A stretch of DNA of 64,000 nucleotides, taken from Thermoanaerobaculia bacterium. Lineage in GTDB: Bacteria > Acidobacteriota > Thermoanaerobaculia > Multivoradales > Multivoraceae. The notes under the pieces were generated by a model. It was not told the origin of the DNA, searched no databases, and saw only the letters and a program-made list of their open reading frames with translations. The position numbers and the translations under genes were made by a program. The DNA lies in NCBI GenBank assembly GCA_963664405.1, contig OY761158.1, forward strand, positions 3,296,001 through 3,360,000, written 5' to 3'. Positions 20,159 through 30,272 of the stretch are shown piece by piece (within the stretch, counting starts at the first letter, position 1; each line of letters opens with the position of its first letter).

Positions 20159-23100
20159 ACCTCTCCCCACCGTGCACGCTGGTACTCCGGTGTATCCGCG
20201 GCGGCACCGTACAGCTCGATTCCTCCCAGCTTCAGATCGCCGCTGCGTAACTCGACATGGGAACCGCTGAGGCGCATCGTCGAGGTATCGATACTCCGGA
20301 TCGTCGGCGACCAAAGTGTCACGGGGTCGTCTGCGCCGATCACCTCAGCGAGGCGGATGTGGACCGCCAGCAGAATGAAGTGAGAATCGAACGATTCGTG
20401 CTCCAGTGCGTGAGCACGGGCGGTGAGGAATTGTCGAGTCCACTCGACCAGCTGGGTCGCTGAAACATGATCCACATCACTATCGCGAAGGGCGTGCTCC
20501 GGAGTCGGTAGGAGGGCCGTTGCAGCGACGCCTTCGTCCGACACCACCGGCTCCGAGATCAATACGTTCTCGCTCCGCTGCTTGTGAACCAAGCGGCGGC
20601 TTGCCGCTCGCTGCGGCCCCGGCATCCGCTCGTGGCCGCCGACGAGATCGACAGGGCGCATAAGGCCTTCGAAGGTTGCACACCGCTGACTCCCGCCGAT
20701 GGAGCCGCGCACACGCCACCGCTCGGATTCGCGGGTCAAGCCCTCTGAAGTGATCTTGAGGGGCGTATCCAGATCTCCCCAGCTCTCGAAACGGATTCTG
20801 AGCTCCTCCAGTTGCAGCCGGCGGCGTAGCGACTCGCCGCCGAGAGCCATAGCGAGCCACTCGCTGAGCTGCTGAACGGCCTCGACAAAGAGCAAGCCTG
20901 GTACGTGATCGTAGGGATGATCGAAATAGAAAGGGTGCGTCTGGTCGACAACGATTCGCGCTTCGAGCTTTCCGTCGTTGTTGACGATCTGTTCGAGCAC
21001 CCGATTGCGCGGGTCCCTACGTAATTGCAGCACTCCTGTGGGCGCTACCAGGATTTCGATGGGCGCCCCTTCCTGCCCGGGGCCTACAGTTGACTCGTTG
21101 GCGGCCAGACCCACCGCAGTCGCGCCTTCTGCACTCAGATGCGGTCTTAGCGTCTCGACGATGTCGCCAACCGTGCTCACCTCCGCCCAATCCAGCTCCT
21201 GCTCCTCCAGCGCCGGAACGTCCTCCCCCAGAGCGAGGACCAGCTCGACCAACCCGATCGAAGAGAGGCCGAGACCGCGAACTTGGGTCTCGAGCGAGAG
21301 CTCCGAGGCCAGGTGGCCGGTGATCGCTGCGAGTCGCGCCACTACGATGGCGTGCGCCGGATCTGAGGGCGTAGGGAGTGCTTCTGGGGCCGTCGCCGCG
21401 GATATGGGCTCGACGAGGGCTCGCGGCTTGGTGGCCTCACCTTTGAGCCAGTACGGCCGGCGCTGGAACGGGTACCTTGGCAGGGTGCTGACACGACGCG
21501 TAGGCGCGCCGAAGAACTGACTCCAATCGGGTGTGGCACCAAGCTCGAAAAGACCTCCGAGCGTGCTGACCATTCGTCTCGAATCGGACGTCCCTGGTCG
21601 CAGACTGGCAAATCCCTTGGTGTCGGGCCCCAGGCACCCTCGGGCCAGAGAGAGCAGGACCGGCGTGCTGCCCACCTCGAGCAGGGCGTCGTAACCCTCC
21701 TCGGCCAGGGCAGCCATACATTCGGCAAAGCGCACTGTAGAGCGGGCTTGGGTGAGCCAGTACGAGGGAGACGAGAGCTCCTCCGTCGCTCGCTTACCTG
21801 TGACGTTGGAGAAGAAAGGCACCGACGGGCTAGTGCAGGCGAGGTCTCGAATGCCACGCTCGAGCTTCGGTAGCACAGGGTCGAGAAGCGCTGAGTGGAA
21901 GGCTCGCCTCACCGGCAGCCGCTTACCGGAAACACCTATCTCTCGCAGGCGCTCGTCCAGCCGATCGAGAGATGTGCTGCGGCCGGTGAACACCGTCTGC
22001 AGCGGCGAATTGACGGCTGCCACCTCCACCTCGGGGGCCACCTCTTCGAGCAGAGCGAGAGCCCTCTCTTCGCTCATCTCGACCGCCAACATCGACCCCT
22101 CGGCGGAGCTTTCCTGCATCACTCGTCCGCGCAGCGCTACGAGTCTGAGCGCGGCGTCCAGGTCGAGGGCGCCGGCGACGCAGGCAGCAACGATCTCGCC
22201 GACGCTGTGACCAAGAACCGCCGCCGGGGTGATACCCCACGCCTTCCACAGCTGAGCCAGCCCATACTCGAGTGCGAAGATCGCCGGTTGGGAGTAAACG
22301 GTCTCGTCGAGAGTCGCCGAATCCGTGCCGAACATGACCTCCAACAGAGGGCGATCGAGCTCGCGGTCGAGAACCTCGGCGCAGCGTTGTACGCTTTGAC
22401 GAAAGAGCGGCTCACGGTCGAATAGCTCCGACCCCATGCCGGTGTATTGAGAGCCCTGACCGGTGAAGAGGAAGGCAATCCTGAGCCCACTTCGGGATGC
22501 CGGCCGTGCCTCAGCGTTCCACTCCGAGAGCGCCCGCTGCACTTCTTCGGTCGACTCCGCAACGATCGCGGCGCGGTAAGGAAGGGCTTCCCGTTGCGTG
22601 GCGGCAGCGTTGCAGAGGGCGCCTAGCTCGCTTTCGTCCGTTTGTTCCAAGAGGCTGGCGTATCTCGTGCACAGTTGCCGCAATGCGGTCGGGGTCTCGG
22701 CTGCAAGCGCCAGCAGCGGCTGAAGCGCAGTGGCCGGTGGGCCGGTGGCCGGTTCCGCGGCGACCGATTCGAGGACGATGTGGGCGTTGGTTCCGCCGAT
22801 TCCGAACGAGCTCACGCCCGCCACCTGTGATTCGCCGTTGTTCGTTTCCCAGGGCTCAAAGCGGGTCTGTACCGCCAGGTTGAGTCGCTCGAAGGGGATG
22901 TAGGGGTTGGCGTTGTGGAAGCCGAGGCTGGGAACGAAGGAGCGGTGGTGCATCATCAAACAGCACTTGACCACGCCGGTGACTCCCGCGGCCGACTCGA
23001 GATGGCCGACGTTGGTCTTCGAAGAACCGACACGGCAGGGCGCCTCGGGCGGGCGGCCTCGGCCCACCGTCCGACCCAACGCCTTCGCTTCGATCGGGTC

Positions 23101-24036
23101 ACCGAGGAGAGTCCCGGTGCCGTGTGCCTCGACGTAGTCAACGCGGCTAGGTTCGACGCCGGCCCGCTGGTAGGCCTGGCCGAGAACCATTTCCTGTGCC
23201 CGGCCGTTCGGTGCCATCAATCCGTTACTGGGTCCGTCCTGGTTGACGGCGCTTCCGCGAATCACCGCGTAGATCCGGTCGCCATCGCACTGGGCCGCCG
23301 CCAGCGGGCGTAGGACCAGCATCGCTGCGCCCTCGCCGCGCACATAGCCGTTGGCGCTGGCGTCAAAAGTCTTGCAGCGACCGTCTGGCGACAAGACCCC
23401 TGCCTCGGCGAGGCTCGCCGAGCTCAGGCTGTCGAGAAGCAGGCTCACGCCGCCGGCGAGCGCGAGATCGGTATCGCCGCGCGCGAGCCCCTCGCATGCG
23501 AGGTGGATGGCTACCAGCGATGACGAGCAGGCGGTGTCCACCGCAAGGCTCGGACCGTGGACACCGAGAAAATAGGACAAGCGATTGGCCGCGATGCTGC
23601 ACAGAGCTCCGGTGAGCTGTACTGCGTCCCTCTGGCCGGGTGACGCCGCGCTCTGCAAGGCGTAGCCGCTGCCCGAGATGCCGATGTAGACCCCCGCGGC
23701 GCTCCGCCGGAGGGCGGAAGGCACGATGCCGCTGTCCTCCAGAGCGTGCCATGCGAGCTCCAGAAGGAGTCGCTGTTGGGGGTCCATGTAATCTGCCTCG
23801 CGGGGTGAGATGCGAAAGAACGGTGCGTCGAACTCTGCGATGTCGTTCAACAGCGCCGCGTGCCCCAGATCCCTCACTCGTTCCCGGTCCCAGTCACCGA
23901 GGGCCGACACGTCGGTGACACCATGTCGTCCTTCCCTCAACAGATCCCAGAAGGCGTCGAGGTCAGGGGCGCCCGGCAATCGGCACGCCATACCGACGAT
24001 GGCTACACTCTCGTCAGGCTGTGCTTTCGAGCTCAT
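20155..24036 (-). CDS. Type I PKS: KS-AT-ACP plus C-terminal AfsA-like double hotdog domain
   Basis: KS DTACSSS/HGTGT/GHLE; AT GHSVG and RAFH; ACP GLSS; C-terminal FDHPYDHVPGLLFVEAVQQ and LVHKQRSENVL...LVEWTRQ. Confidence 0.9.
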   Translation of the reverse strand: MSSKAQPDESVAIVGMACRLPGAPDLDAFWDLLREGRHGVTDVSALGDWDRERVRDLGHAALLNDIAEFDAPFFRISPREADYMDPQQRLLLELAWHALEDSGIVPSALRRSAAGVYIGISGSGYALQSAASPGQRDAVQLTGALCSIAANRLSYFLGVHGPSLAVDTACSSSLVAIHLACEGLARGDTDLALAGGVSLLLDSLSSASLAEAGVLSPDGRCKTFDASANGYVRGEGAAMLVLRPLAAAQCDGDRIYAVIRGSAVNQDGPSNGLMAPNGRAQEMVLGQAYQRAGVEPSRVDYVEAHGTGTLLGDPIEAKALGRTVGRGRPPEAPCRVGSSKTNVGHLESAAGVTGVVKCCLMMHHRSFVPSLGFHNANPYIPFERLNLAVQTRFEPWETNNGESQVAGVSSFGIGGTNAHIVLESVAAEPATGPPATALQPLLALAAETPTALRQLCTRYASLLEQTDESELGALCNAAATQREALPYRAAIVAESTEEVQRALSEWNAEARPASRSGLRIAFLFTGQGSQYTGMGSELFDREPLFRQSVQRCAEVLDRELDRPLLEVMFGTDSATLDETVYSQPAIFALEYGLAQLWKAWGITPAAVLGHSVGEIVAACVAGALDLDAALRLVALRGRVMQESSAEGSMLAVEMSEERALALLEEVAPEVEVAAVNSPLQTVFTGRSTSLDRLDERLREIGVSGKRLPVRRAFHSALLDPVLPKLERGIRDLACTSPSVPFFSNVTGKRATEELSSPSYWLTQARSTVRFAECMAALAEEGYDALLEVGSTPVLLSLARGCLGPDTKGFASLRPGTSDSRRMVSTLGGLFELGATPDWSQFFGAPTRRVSTLPRYPFQRRPYWLKGEATKPRALVEPISAATAPEALPTPSDPAHAIVVARLAAITGHLASELSLETQVRGLGLSSIGLVELVLALGEDVPALEEQELDWAEVSTVGDIVETLRPHLSAEGATAVGLAANESTVGPGQEGAPIEILVAPTGVLQLRRDPRNRVLEQIVNNDGKLEARIVVDQTHPFYFDHPYDHVPGLLFVEAVQQLSEWLAMALGGESLRRRLQLEELRIRFESWGDLDTPLKITSEGLTRESERWRVRGSIGGSQRCATFEGLMRPVDLVGGHERMPGPQRAASRRLVHKQRSENVLISEPVVSDEGVAATALLPTPEHALRDSDVDHVSATQLVEWTRQFLTARAHALEHESFDSHFILLAVHIRLAEVIGADDPVTLWSPTIRSIDTSTMRLSGSHVELRSGDLKLGGIELYGAAADTPEYQRARWGEV

Positions 24037-24274
24037 CCTTGAGGAATCGGGCCAGCTCGTCGATGCTGGGATAGTCGAAGAACATCGTGGGCTCCAGCTC
24101 GACCTCCAGCCAGTCCTCGAGATCCGCTGTTATGGCGATCGCAGCGAGCGAGTCCAAGCCGTAGTCGGCGAGAGGGCGATCGGCATCCAACGGCGTTTCG
24201 ACGCCGAGCCTCTCGCGTAGTCTTGCGAGCAGCCAGGCCCGGATACTGTCCGTGGTTGGCGCCGGCGAGCTCAC
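24014..24274 (-). CDS. Acyl carrier protein
   Basis: YGLDSL phosphopantetheine motif and FDYPSIDELA. Confidence 0.92.
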   Translation of the reverse strand: MSSPAPTTDSIRAWLLARLRERLGVETPLDADRPLADYGLDSLAAIAITADLEDWLEVELEPTMFFDYPSIDELARFLKDELESTA

Positions 24275-26133
24275 GTGACCTCGCCGAGCTCTCCGGATTG
24301 AAAACGTTGCCTGGCAATGTAGCGTTGAGGCTTGCCGCTCGGGGTCTTCGTCAAGGCGCCGGCGTCCAGAGCCACCAGAGTGTGGACGTTCAGGCCATGC
24401 TGGGCGAGGACGGCATGGCGGATCTGGGAGCTCACGCTCGGCCGCTCTTCCGGAGGCACATCGCGCATCTCGACACCGATGACCAGCCGCTCCCCGTCAT
24501 CTGCGTCCACCGAGAAGGCGACGATTCGGTCCGCCCGCAGGGGGGCGTGGGTACTTGCGACTGTCTGCTCGATGTCTTGAGGGTGATGGTTGGCACCGCT
24601 GAAGACCATTAGGTCCTTGTAGCGGCCGGTGACGAAGACCTCCTGGTCGTAGATGACTCCGGTATCGCCGGTGCGCAGAAAAAACGCTCCGGGGATCTGC
24701 CCAAGCCGCGCCCCGAAGGTTGCTGCCGAGCTCTCTGCGTGCCCGAAGTACCCCTCTGCTACATGAGAGCTGGCTACCCAGATCTCGCCTACGCCCCCCT
24801 CCGGGCAGGTTTCGAGCGATTCGGGATCCACGATCCGGAGAATCGCATCACCGACTGGAGAGCCGCAGCTAACCAAGGGGACCGCCCCTGCGGATCCCTC
24901 GTTGACCGCCACCGCCTTGCCGTGGCGCAGCCCCTCGCGGTCGAAACACCGAGAGCGAAGGCCTCGGCGCCCTGTGACGATGAGCGTCGACTCGGCCAGC
25001 CCGTAGCAGGGGAAGATTGCCTCGGGGTTCAGACCACAAGGTTCGAAGGCATCGATAAATCGGCGCACTGTGTCGGCTCGGACTGGCTCTCCGCCCACGA
25101 CAACGATTCGCAGGCTGCTGAGATCGAGATTGCGGCGTGAGTCTTCCGTGGTTTTGGCGACGCAGAGCTCGAGGGCGAAGTTAGGGACCGCGGTGAGCGT
25201 TGCCTGGTTTTCAGAAATGGCCCTGAGCCATGTCAATGGGCGCTTGAGAAAGGTCATCGGCGAGAGTTGGACCTGGGACGAGCCGCTCAGGATCTGGAAA
25301 AGCATGCAACCGATCAAGCCCATGTCGTGCGTTGCGGGCAGCCAACTGACGCAGATCTCGCGCTGCGGTCGGAGCTCGCCCAGGTCGTTTATTGCGGTAG
25401 CGTTGCTAGTCAAATGCTTCTGGGCAACGGCAACGCCCTTGGGGTCCGATGTCGAGCCGGATGTGTATTGGAGCAGGCTCAAGGCATCGGGCTCCCAGAC
25501 TGGTTGCTGCCAGGCTTCGGCCAGGCTGTCGTCGATCTCGTCGACTGCGATCCAACGTGCTACCGCCAGCGCTGGAACTTGCTCAGTCATATCGGTGGCA
25601 TGGTCGGCAAGCTCGGAGGTGGTCAGCAGTGTCGACGCGTCGGCATCTTTGGCGATGAGGGCAAAGCGTTGCAGGGCGCCGAGCACACGCTTCTGGGCCC
25701 GTCGTGCCGATGTGCGACGGCCGAAGCGCATCCCGGCAGGCGGCTGGACAGGTACTGCCACCATGGCAGCGTACTGGCAACCCATGAAGGCGGCGAGGAA
25801 CTCTATGCCCGGCTTGAACAGTAGGACGATACGGGCACCGGGCGACTCCTCCCGCTGTAGACGGGCCGCGATGGCGCGGGCGCGCTGATCCAGATCGCTG
25901 AACGTGTAGCTGTCACGGACCTCGAGACTGTCGGTGAGAAAGGTCACCGCAACTCGATCCCCGCACTCCGCGGCATACCGCCGAAGAGCGAACGGCAGCA
26001 GATCCTGACCGTCTTCGCGGTGTGGTAGCGGTTGGCTCTTAGGCTTAGACTCCGTCAGCCCTTCGCGTCCCCTCCCGGCGGCGCCGGGTCCGTGGCTAGT
26101 GTTTCGAGGCGTGGCGAATCCTAGCAGGATCAA
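24271..26133 (-). CDS. Fatty acyl-AMP ligase (FAAL)
   Basis: QYTSGSTSDPKGV, WLPATHDMGLIG, YGLAESTL with FAAL insertion, LRTGD and KTPSGK; start uncertain. Confidence 0.9.
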   Translation of the reverse strand: MILLGFATPRNTSHGPGAAGRGREGLTESKPKSQPLPHREDGQDLLPFALRRYAAECGDRVAVTFLTDSLEVRDSYTFSDLDQRARAIAARLQREESPGARIVLLFKPGIEFLAAFMGCQYAAMVAVPVQPPAGMRFGRRTSARRAQKRVLGALQRFALIAKDADASTLLTTSELADHATDMTEQVPALAVARWIAVDEIDDSLAEAWQQPVWEPDALSLLQYTSGSTSDPKGVAVAQKHLTSNATAINDLGELRPQREICVSWLPATHDMGLIGCMLFQILSGSSQVQLSPMTFLKRPLTWLRAISENQATLTAVPNFALELCVAKTTEDSRRNLDLSSLRIVVVGGEPVRADTVRRFIDAFEPCGLNPEAIFPCYGLAESTLIVTGRRGLRSRCFDREGLRHGKAVAVNEGSAGAVPLVSCGSPVGDAILRIVDPESLETCPEGGVGEIWVASSHVAEGYFGHAESSAATFGARLGQIPGAFFLRTGDTGVIYDQEVFVTGRYKDLMVFSGANHHPQDIEQTVASTHAPLRADRIVAFSVDADDGERLVIGVEMRDVPPEERPSVSSQIRHAVLAQHGLNVHTLVALDAGALTKTPSGKPQRYIARQRFQSGELGEVT

Positions 26134-26157
26134 AACCGGTTGCCCAGCGTCGGCCTA

Positions 26158-26316
26158 GACCAGCGTTTCCAAAGTTCGTGTACATAGCTCGAGGTCATTC
26201 TGTTCGCTGGCCAGGCGCGCCGACGCAGGCATATTGGGCAATATGTCGAGGAGGCGAAACGCCGTCAGCGGACAGAAGGGGCCGAGATATGTGCGCGAAC
26301 TTTGGAAACGCTGGTC
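26158..26316 (+). mobile_element. 159-bp MITE, end type B
   Basis: TIR gaccagcgtttccaaagttcg / cgaactttggaaacgctggtc with TA flanks. Confidence 0.92.
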
Positions 26317-26574
26317 TAGGGCCTCTGAGCACAAGAACCGCCAGTGTCGTTGCAGGTCGTTTTGCCATCTCTGCCCTCTCCTCTTCGGGCTATAGGCTGC
26401 CGATGCCACTACACTTCAACATTCGGAGCTTCTCTCTATCGACTGCGGTTTCGCACTTTACCGTTGTCAGATATTGGGGTGGGGTTCAGTTGTTATTAGC
26501 TATATGACAATATATAGAGTCGGCTGTTTTTCTCACGCTGCGGGAAGCAAGGTTGCGAAAGTGAAGGAGAGCTC

Positions 26575-27024
26575 ATGAAGAAGGCTCGGCCGTTGATGTT
26601 GCTGGCGGCTGCCGCGATTCTGCTTGCAGGAGGGCACCTATCGCTTGTCCAGCCCGACGGTGCCTCGTCAGACACGCCTCATGAGCTGACCCTGGCTCCG
26701 GGTGAGCAAGGTTTGCGGGCATATATCGACCCCGTTACCGGCCAATTCACCGCTCCGCCGCCGGGTGTGAGCAGAAGCCTTGCCGACCCGGAGCGCCGGA
26801 TGCTCAATCGTTCCGATGTCGGTCTACAGAGTCGCACTTTAGCGGACGGTACTGTCATCCTAGATCTCGAGGGACGCTTCATGAGTCTAGCGGTGGCGAC
26901 CCTCGGCACCGCCGAAGGCGTGTCGGTGGATTGCGTCCAGGACTCGGCTCGAGCCGAGGCTTGTCTCACCGATCAGACGGAGGGTCGCAGCGAGGCAGGA
27001 GAACACGGCCGAGATGTCCGATAG
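26575..27024 (+). CDS. Secreted hypothetical protein of a type recalled upstream of PA-domain peptidases
   Basis: AGGAG RBS, signal peptide, AYIDPVTGQF...DLEGRF motif. Confidence 0.6.
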   Translation: MKKARPLMLLAAAAILLAGGHLSLVQPDGASSDTPHELTLAPGEQGLRAYIDPVTGQFTAPPPGVSRSLADPERRMLNRSDVGLQSRTLADGTVILDLEGRFMSLAVATLGTAEGVSVDCVQDSARAEACLTDQTEGRSEAGEHGRDVR

Positions 27025-27526
27025 CTCCCCAGCTCGTCGAAGAGCTCCCCTTTTTGTTGGCCTGTTGGCGCTCTTGGGGGTTCTCTCCTCTCAAGCGGCG
27101 ACGCTGACGATCGTGAACTCGGATGGCCCGGGCGAAGGGTTCAACGACGCTAGTGCGGTTACGCCGGTGGGTGGAAACACCGGGACGACTCTGGGTCAGC
27201 AACGCCTGATCGCCTTTCAGGCCGCCGCCGACATCTGGGGGGCAGTGCTCGAGAGCGTGGTAGAGATCCGGATTCAAGCGAGCTTCGACCCCTTGAGCTG
27301 CAGCCCCAGCTCGGCCATTCTCGGTTCGGCTGTAGCCCTTCAGATCGTCAGAGACTTTCCCGGCGCCCCCTTCGCCGGTACCTGGTACCACGTCGCGCTG
27401 GGCAATGCACTTGCGGGGGTTGACCTATCCATCGGCGACGACATCCGGGCGATCTTCAATAGCGCTATCGACAACAACAACAATTGCCTGGCGGGGCCAA
27501 TTAGTACCTCGGTCTCGACCACCTAG
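27014..27526 (+). pseudogene. Truncated secreted peptidase (PA-domain peptidase-type N-terminus)
   Basis: GEGFND..PVGGNTGTTLGQQRL..AADIWG; after NCLAG a frameshift, with a shifted frame reading N*YLGLDH, then abrupt loss. Confidence 0.65.
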
Positions 27527-27535
27527 GAATCTCCT

Positions 27536-28489
27536 TTGGTTTACGAGAACATAATCGAGGTCATCGGCCACACCCCCTTGGTCAAGCTGCACGCGATGGC
27601 AGAAGGTCTTGCCTGCAACCTCTACGGCAAGTGCGAGTTCTTGAGTCCAGGGGGCTCCGTCAAAGATCGCATCGCTCGCCAGATGATCGTCGACGCGGAG
27701 AAGAGTGGACGCATCAAACCGGGCGACACGCTGATCGAGGCCACCAGTGGCAATACCGGGATCGGCATGGCGCTGGCGGGGGCTGCTCTGGGGTACGAAG
27801 TGATCATCACGATGCCGGAAAAGATGAGCAAGGAGAAGCAGGTGATCTTAGAGGCGCTCGGCGCCAGGATCGTTCGGACTCCTACCGCCGCCGCCTGGGA
27901 TTCGCCCGAGTCTCATATCGAGGTAGCCAAGAAGATTCAGCGAGAGACGCCCAATTCACACATCCTCGATCAGTACACGAACGACTCCAATCCTCAGGCC
28001 CATTACCTCGGCACTGGGCAAGAGATCGTCGATGACCTGAATGGAGAGGTCGACATGGTAGTGATCGGGGCCGGCACCGGCGGCACTTTGACCGGAGTCG
28101 CTAGGAAGGTCAAAGAGCACTGTCCTGATGCGATCATTGTCGCGGCAGACCCCGAAGGCTCGATCCTCGCTGGACCCGACGCGATCGAGTCCTACCAGGT
28201 TGAAGGCATCGGCTACGACTTCATCCCCAGGGTCTTGGACCGCGCTCTCGTCGATCGTTGGGTAAAGACCAACGATGCAGAGTCCTTCCGCTTGGCGCGT
28301 CGATTGATTCGCGAAGAGGGCCTGCTGGTCGGTGGATCCTCGGGAGCGGCGATGATGGCGGCCTACGAGGCGGCCGCTACCCTCGAGGAAGGGCACAACT
28401 GTGTGGTGCTCTTGCCCGATGGGATTCGCAATTATCTGAGCAAGTTCGTAGACAAAGACTGGCGACAGGCTCAGGGTTTCGTCGATTGA
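27536..28489 (+). CDS. Cystathionine beta-synthase-like PLP enzyme without CBS domains
   Basis: KCEFLSPGGSVKDR, EATSGNTG, GTGGT and YQVEGIGYDFIP motifs. Confidence 0.88.
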   Translation: MVYENIIEVIGHTPLVKLHAMAEGLACNLYGKCEFLSPGGSVKDRIARQMIVDAEKSGRIKPGDTLIEATSGNTGIGMALAGAALGYEVIITMPEKMSKEKQVILEALGARIVRTPTAAAWDSPESHIEVAKKIQRETPNSHILDQYTNDSNPQAHYLGTGQEIVDDLNGEVDMVVIGAGTGGTLTGVARKVKEHCPDAIIVAADPEGSILAGPDAIESYQVEGIGYDFIPRVLDRALVDRWVKTNDAESFRLARRLIREEGLLVGGSSGAAMMAAYEAAATLEEGHNCVVLLPDGIRNYLSKFVDKDWRQAQGFVD

Positions 28490-28491
28490 GG

Positions 28492-28551
28492 GCGGAGGAT
28501 CATCACCGCGCCTCGGATGAGGTCGATGGATGCGATGCGGGAGCGGCTCAT
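28492..28551 (-). pseudogene. N-terminal fragment of a DUF1624/HGSNAT-like membrane acyltransferase
   Basis: MSRSRIASIDLIRGAVMIL, then cut off at the end of the CBS gene. Confidence 0.5.
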
Positions 28552-28831
28552 CGTTTGCTTGCGTGAATGAAGAGGCGTGGACTCTGCGCGGTGTAGGTCA
28601 CCGAATACGCTCGGCGAGTGAGGACTCCTGCCTCGTCGGTCTCGTCGTACCACCCTGCCAGCTTCTGTCGGTGAGCGGCGTCGAATGGCCCCAGGGTCGC
28701 GAAGCGGGTGTAGGTTCGGCCGGCGTGCGGATTTCGGCGGGTGAAGAAGGGTTTGGGGACGGGGTGTTGATGGCTGCGAGAAAGCGCATCCCGTTGGCTG
28801 CGAGCGCAGTTTCCGGGATGGAGTGAGCTGA

Positions 28832-29176
28832 GGGCTCATTCCCGACCCGCCCCGGCGGCACTCTGGGTACCGACAGTACCCGCCAGAGACGATCCCGCGC
28901 CTGCTCTTCATCAGGCGCGCCAAAGAGATCGGCTTCTCCCTCAAAGAGATCCTCGAGCTCCTGTCTCTGCGCGTGGATCCAGACAAGACCTGTTGCGATG
29001 TGAAAGCGCAGACCGAGGAGAAGATGCGCGAGATCGACGCCAAGATGAAATCGCTCCGCAGGATGAAGCGAGCCCTCGGCACGCTCTCCGCCTCATGTAG
29101 CGGGAGCGGTCCAACCAGTGAGTGCCCCATCTTGGACGCCCTCGGCGCCGTCGGAAGCTCCACTGAAAGCCTTTGA
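28832..29176 (+). pseudogene. merR: MerR-family heavy-metal regulator lacking the start of its HTH
   Basis: GLIPDPPRRHSGYRQY...FIRRAKEIGFSLKEI; Cys pattern TCC...SCSGSGPTSECP; no in-frame start upstream. Confidence 0.75.
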
Positions 29177-29224
29177 ACTAACCTGCCCTGCCTGTCAGGG
29201 CGCAAAAAGGAGGTACTAGATACC

Positions 29225-29493
29225 ATGGAGCAGAAACGAATTATTGAGATCTTCAGTGCCGAATGCCCAGCGTGCCAAAAGACGATTGATCTCGTCTCTA
29301 GCATCGCTTGCCCATCGTGTGAGCTGAGCATTCTGGACATGTCAGACGCCGAAGTGGCAGCCCGCGCCAAGAACCTTGGTGGCGCTCGGTACCCGCCGTC
29401 GTGATCGATGGCAAGCTAGCCGACTGCTGTGCCGGGCGAGGCCCGGACGAAGCAGGTCTGCGATCCGCAGGTATTGGTGTCGCCTTGGTCTAG
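29225..29493 (+). pseudogene. Small thioredoxin/glutaredoxin-like protein with one frameshift
   Basis: EIFSAECPAC...ACPSC; 1-nt deletion near 29381, then RSVPAVVIDGKLADCCAGRG. Confidence 0.7.
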
Positions 29494-29600
29494 AGTTCTT
29501 CGGGCCTCCGGCATACAGCCGGGGGCCTCTTTTCATTTCCGCAAACCTGGCCCACCACAAGGGACTGTCCCCCAGTAGAAAGAGACGAGGAGGTGAAGTT

Positions 29601-29945
29601 ATGACCCGATTCCAAACTTCAAGAACGACAGCCATGGGGATGATGCTGGGGGTGTTGCTCGCCAGCCCTCCGCTCGCATTCGGCGACGACTCGAAGGACA
29701 AACCTCGACAGGTGATCTCCACGTTCGCTGTTACCGGCATGATATGAGGCGGCTGCGAAGCATCGGTCCGTGAGGCCGTAGGCAAGCTCGAGGGCGTCAA
29801 AAAGGTGGAGGCCTCTGTCGAGGAGGAGAAGGCCACCGTTGCCCATGACTCGACGAAGGTGACCGTCGAGCAGATTGCAGCCACGATCGAGAAGTTGGGT
29901 TTCGAGTGTGGGCTCCAGAAGAGCGAACCCGACAGCGACTCCTGA
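29601..29945 (+). CDS. Secreted HMA-domain (MerP/CopZ-like) metal-binding protein, candidate selenoprotein
   Basis: GGAGG RBS, signal peptide, FAVTGMI-TGA(29745)-GGC, then an intact HMA domain to TGA 29943. Confidence 0.7.
29764..29778 (+). promoter_or_regulatory. Candidate bacterial SECIS hairpin
   Basis: CGG-U(bulge)-CC[GUGA]GG-CCG; G-first loop begins 22 nt after the UGA. Confidence 0.5.
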
Positions 29946-30272
29946 ACCGACCTAGGGCTCCCCTTCTCCCGTTTCTTCAACCCCGCCTGCCTTCGCGGGC
30001 GGTTGGCACCTTCCGCTACAGAAGGCGCCATCGCCGCCAAGGTTTTGAAACCTGACCGACACGGCCCTCCTAAGTGTTGATTCCCATAAGGTTGTTCAGT
30101 TCGAGCCTGGAGTTAGGTGGTCGTCCGCCAAGAGCTGAATGGGCTCGATGTTTGTTGTAGAAGTGGAGATATCTGGGTAAGAGATCGGAGCGCTCGCGCG
30201 AGGAGTGGAAGGTGAAGGCGTAGGCCCACTCTCGTTGGAGCGTTTGGATGAATCTCTCGGCTTTCCCGTTGG

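Noticed and set aside
29370-29390. Programmed frameshift in the thioredoxin-like gene
   Set aside because: No slippery sequence; a 1-nt deletion or sequencing error is simpler.
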